Shown here piece after piece: positions 61,406 through 64,000 of a stretch of DNA of 64,000 nucleotides; position 1 is the stretch's first letter; each line of letters begins with the position of its first letter. The DNA comes from Pristiophorus japonicus. Its lineage: Eukaryota. Made by a program: the position numbers and the translations under genes. The notes beneath the pieces are model-generated. The model did no database searches. It had not been told where the DNA came from and worked only from the letters and a program-made list of their open reading frames with translations. The DNA lies in the NCBI RefSeq assembly GCF_044704955.1, contig NC_091977.1, forward strand, positions 195,176,001-195,240,000, given 5' to 3'.

Positions 61406-62024
61406 ATGTGTACTGTTCCAGCGTTGGAGAGAACAGAAGGCAATGGAAGCTCTTGTAAAACAGGATTATTTCTACTCCTATTTGGAGTTTCATTTCTATC
61501 CGCTGGAGTCATTATTGCTACTGTTGGGTACCAGTCATGTGATCATCATGGTGGCAGCTGCAATATGACCCTAAAGGCAACTGGACCCAGTCTATGTGGT
61601 ATTGCATTGTTATTCATACTGCTGTCAAGATCCAGGACTCTGATTAATCTGAGACAGCTGGCAAACTCAGCAGATCGATGGTGCTATCTTTCTTGCAGCA
61701 AACAGGACTCTTTCATCCGTTTTCTCATCTTTGGTGTCCTCTTTTGTTTTAGTGGAGTGCTGCTAACTATGATTGGTGTTTGGGCTATCACCTGCCCTGG
61801 CATCATGGAAGGTCAAGGATTCAATTTAACTAGTAAAGCTAATGGAAATGAGAAATGTAAACTGCTGTTCTTGCAAATCATGGGCCCAGTTGTAACGTTT
61901 ATTGGTATTTGCTTCTTATTGATTGCTCATTTCAAAAGGAAGGTAGCTTTAAGTGCAGAGGAAGAAAGTACATCCACAAATGATCAGCAGCCACAAAGAA
62001 CAGGACCGTGTCAAATTGCAATAG
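61406..62024 (+). CDS. TMEM171: Transmembrane protein 171, main coding exon (exon 61355-62024; the gene continues beyond the window)
   Basis: Four hydrophobic segments. Motifs LKATGP, LSRSR, LIFGVLF..SG.L...G.W...C, LQIMGP....G.CF...AH.K.K and PCQIAIG parallel human TMEM171 as recalled (LKVAGP, LARSR, LIFGFLF, LQIMGP, PVQVTVG). Acceptor ttcacag/ at 61354; phase-1 donor G/GTAAGT at 62024. Confidence 0.92.
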
Positions 62025-62111
62025 GTAAGTGAAATGAATAAAACTGATGGTAACCTGTGAATTATACAGAATAGTACCTTGAAAAAGTGGTTAATTAAAC
62101 TCTAGTAAATA

Positions 62112-62225
62112 AGAAAAGAAGGAACTTGCATTTATATAGCACCTTGCACAACCTCAGAACACCCCAAAGCGTTTTACCACCAATGAAGAACTTTTGATTG
62201 TAGTTACTGTTGTAATTTAGGGAAA
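62112..62225 (-). mobile_element. DeuSINE/L2-type 3' tail fragment
   Basis: gaacttgcatttatatagcacctt...cccaaagcgttttac. Confidence 0.65.
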
Positions 62226-63181
62226 TATTTGTAATGGGCCTTCCTCTTCTCTGCCCTCTCCCACAACAACAATGTTGGAAGAAGTAGCAGAGTCTTTACA
62301 AGAGCTGTGTATCCCTCCTTTAGCTCTGTTTAATTCTCCATCCATCTGCCATGGACACAAACTCAGTAAGTTAGAACTGTTTCATGAACTGTTAGCACAC
62401 TGACAGGCAGACAAAAATTATGAATGCACACACCTGGTCTACCGACCATGAAGTGCTTGTACAGTAATGTACTTTGATAAGAATCAAGTAAACTCCTTCG
62501 GCCCTTTCGGATTATGTGCAATGAAATTGGGCTCTTTCAATATTAGCATAAGAATGCTTGATGTGTTTGTATATCATCCCTTTTTCCCTCTTCTAACTTC
62601 GGTTAATTGGGTTAACTTTTTTTTCCTGTGGGGTGTAAAGAATGGACCAAGGAGTGTGTGCTAAAATTCCAAGCTCCTAACTACAAGACATTAGTTTCAT
62701 GAACTCTTGTTTTCAGTATGCATTGAACATTGCATTAAAAAAAAACAAATACAATTATGTTGCATGATATCTAGCTACTGAATATGTCTTCTCCATTGTT
62801 TTTGTGGGGCTAAATATTTTAAGAGCTAATAACTATTTTAGGAGATAATAGCATTTAGGTGGTTTAGGTGCAAATTTGAATCCAATATGGACTGATGGGG
62901 TGAATGTCAATATTGGTGCCAAATTGGAGAGTGGGGGGGTTTCTCAGCCTGATTTCCAGAAGCCCATGAGGGCAAGTACAGACCAAGCCCATGAAGGTAG
63001 CTGAAAGGAACATTAGATTTCAAAGGAAACTATTCAACTCAGCAGATATTGACGCTGTTTGCTGGAGGAATTCAAAATATGTCCCACTGCTGTCTACCTA
63101 TATCCCTGTATCTTCCTCTACTTAAAATGTTTATCTAAGCTTCCCTTAAAAGTTGCAAGTTTCTTGGTATTTAAATACATT

Positions 63182-63884
63182 GACCTGGAGTTTGCAGTCA
63201 GCAGTGAATCGAAGGTGTTTGCTGTTGACCCCGAAGTACGCTTCACACAAAGGTATCACAATCCCTGTGTCGAGAACTTTGGGTTTTCCGACCTTCAATT
63301 CAAATCAACGGACTAGTGGCGATCCTCTTGTGCGAGCTGCTGTGACGTCAACATGCTGACTAAGCAGCCAATTAAAATGCAGAATTCTCACAGACAGCGA
63401 ACAAGGTAGTGAGTTAAGCTCTTAAAATTCTAACTTAAACAAAATTTTAGAGAGCAAAACCGAGATTGGGATTCTCACATGGGGAAAAGGCAAACCTGAA
63501 ATAAAGATGGACAAATTAAAAAAAAAAAAATAATTTCTGAAGTTTCTTACGTTTAATTTCACACTACACAAAATGAAAATTAGTTTTCCAGGTCCTCAAC
63601 ATTTGTTTAGCAGTCAATACACTTTTAAAACCCCAGTTACACCTAATCCCTTGGGGTCTAACTTTTAGTGGGGACTTTAACAGCATACTTACTGCGGAAG
63701 AGCCAGAGTTTGTGTCAGTTTCAATGTTTTGGCTGAATGCACTGATTGCCAGCTCTGGGGGGGTGTAGGGGGCACAGCACAGCCTGTGTCGGAGCGGCAA
63801 ATCCCGAAATTGCAGTCAGTTTCAAAGGCTGAATGATGGTGAATGCTGCCAATTCGCCATCATCCCGACCACAAATTCCAGGCC
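63182..63884. mobile_element. Probable MITE (Harbinger-like) in the TMEM171 intron
   Basis: Imperfect 18-bp TIRs GACCTGGAGTTTGCAGTC / GACCACAAATTCCAGGCC; AT-rich centre. Confidence 0.55.
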
Positions 63885-64000
63885 TTTATTAACTTAATAT
63901 GAGGTGGCCTCGAGAGAACTGGAGTTAGAAACACTGCTTGAATGAGCAACAGTGCCACCTAATGTTGGGGGAACCTGAAAAGTAGGATCAGTACAGAAAC

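Overview
Vertebrate genomic DNA, almost certainly from a cartilaginous fish (shark-type CR1, L2, Penelope, DeuSINE and Gypsy repeats). Most of the window is nested transposable elements. The one clear host gene is TMEM171 (+): a large coding exon at 61355-62024, and a candidate TATA/CpG promoter with first exon at about 45500-45709 that would splice in frame. The first 0.7 kb may be the 3' UTR end of an upstream gene (FCHO2 by vertebrate synteny; inference only). Elements with resolved boundaries: a young 5'-truncated CR1 with an intact 968-aa EN-RT ORF2 and the SGNH-esterase end of ORF1; a decayed full-length Gypsy; a related non-autonomous Gypsy; a solo LTR; a two-gene PIF/Harbinger transposon; a hAT-like element carrying a C2H2 zinc-finger fragment and a C-rich minisatellite; and a Tx1 fragment with a 13-bp TSD. 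The most intriguing signals are: (1) the CR1 ORF1/ORF2 junction looks like a viral -1 frameshift cassette (G_UUA_AAC directly before the ORF1 stop, ORF2 in the -1 frame, four G-runs downstream); (2) gene-fragment capture by the hAT element; (3) a templated ~325-bp inverted duplication; (4) Penelope minimal hammerhead ribozyme remnants. All family assignments come from motif recognition by eye; no searches were run.
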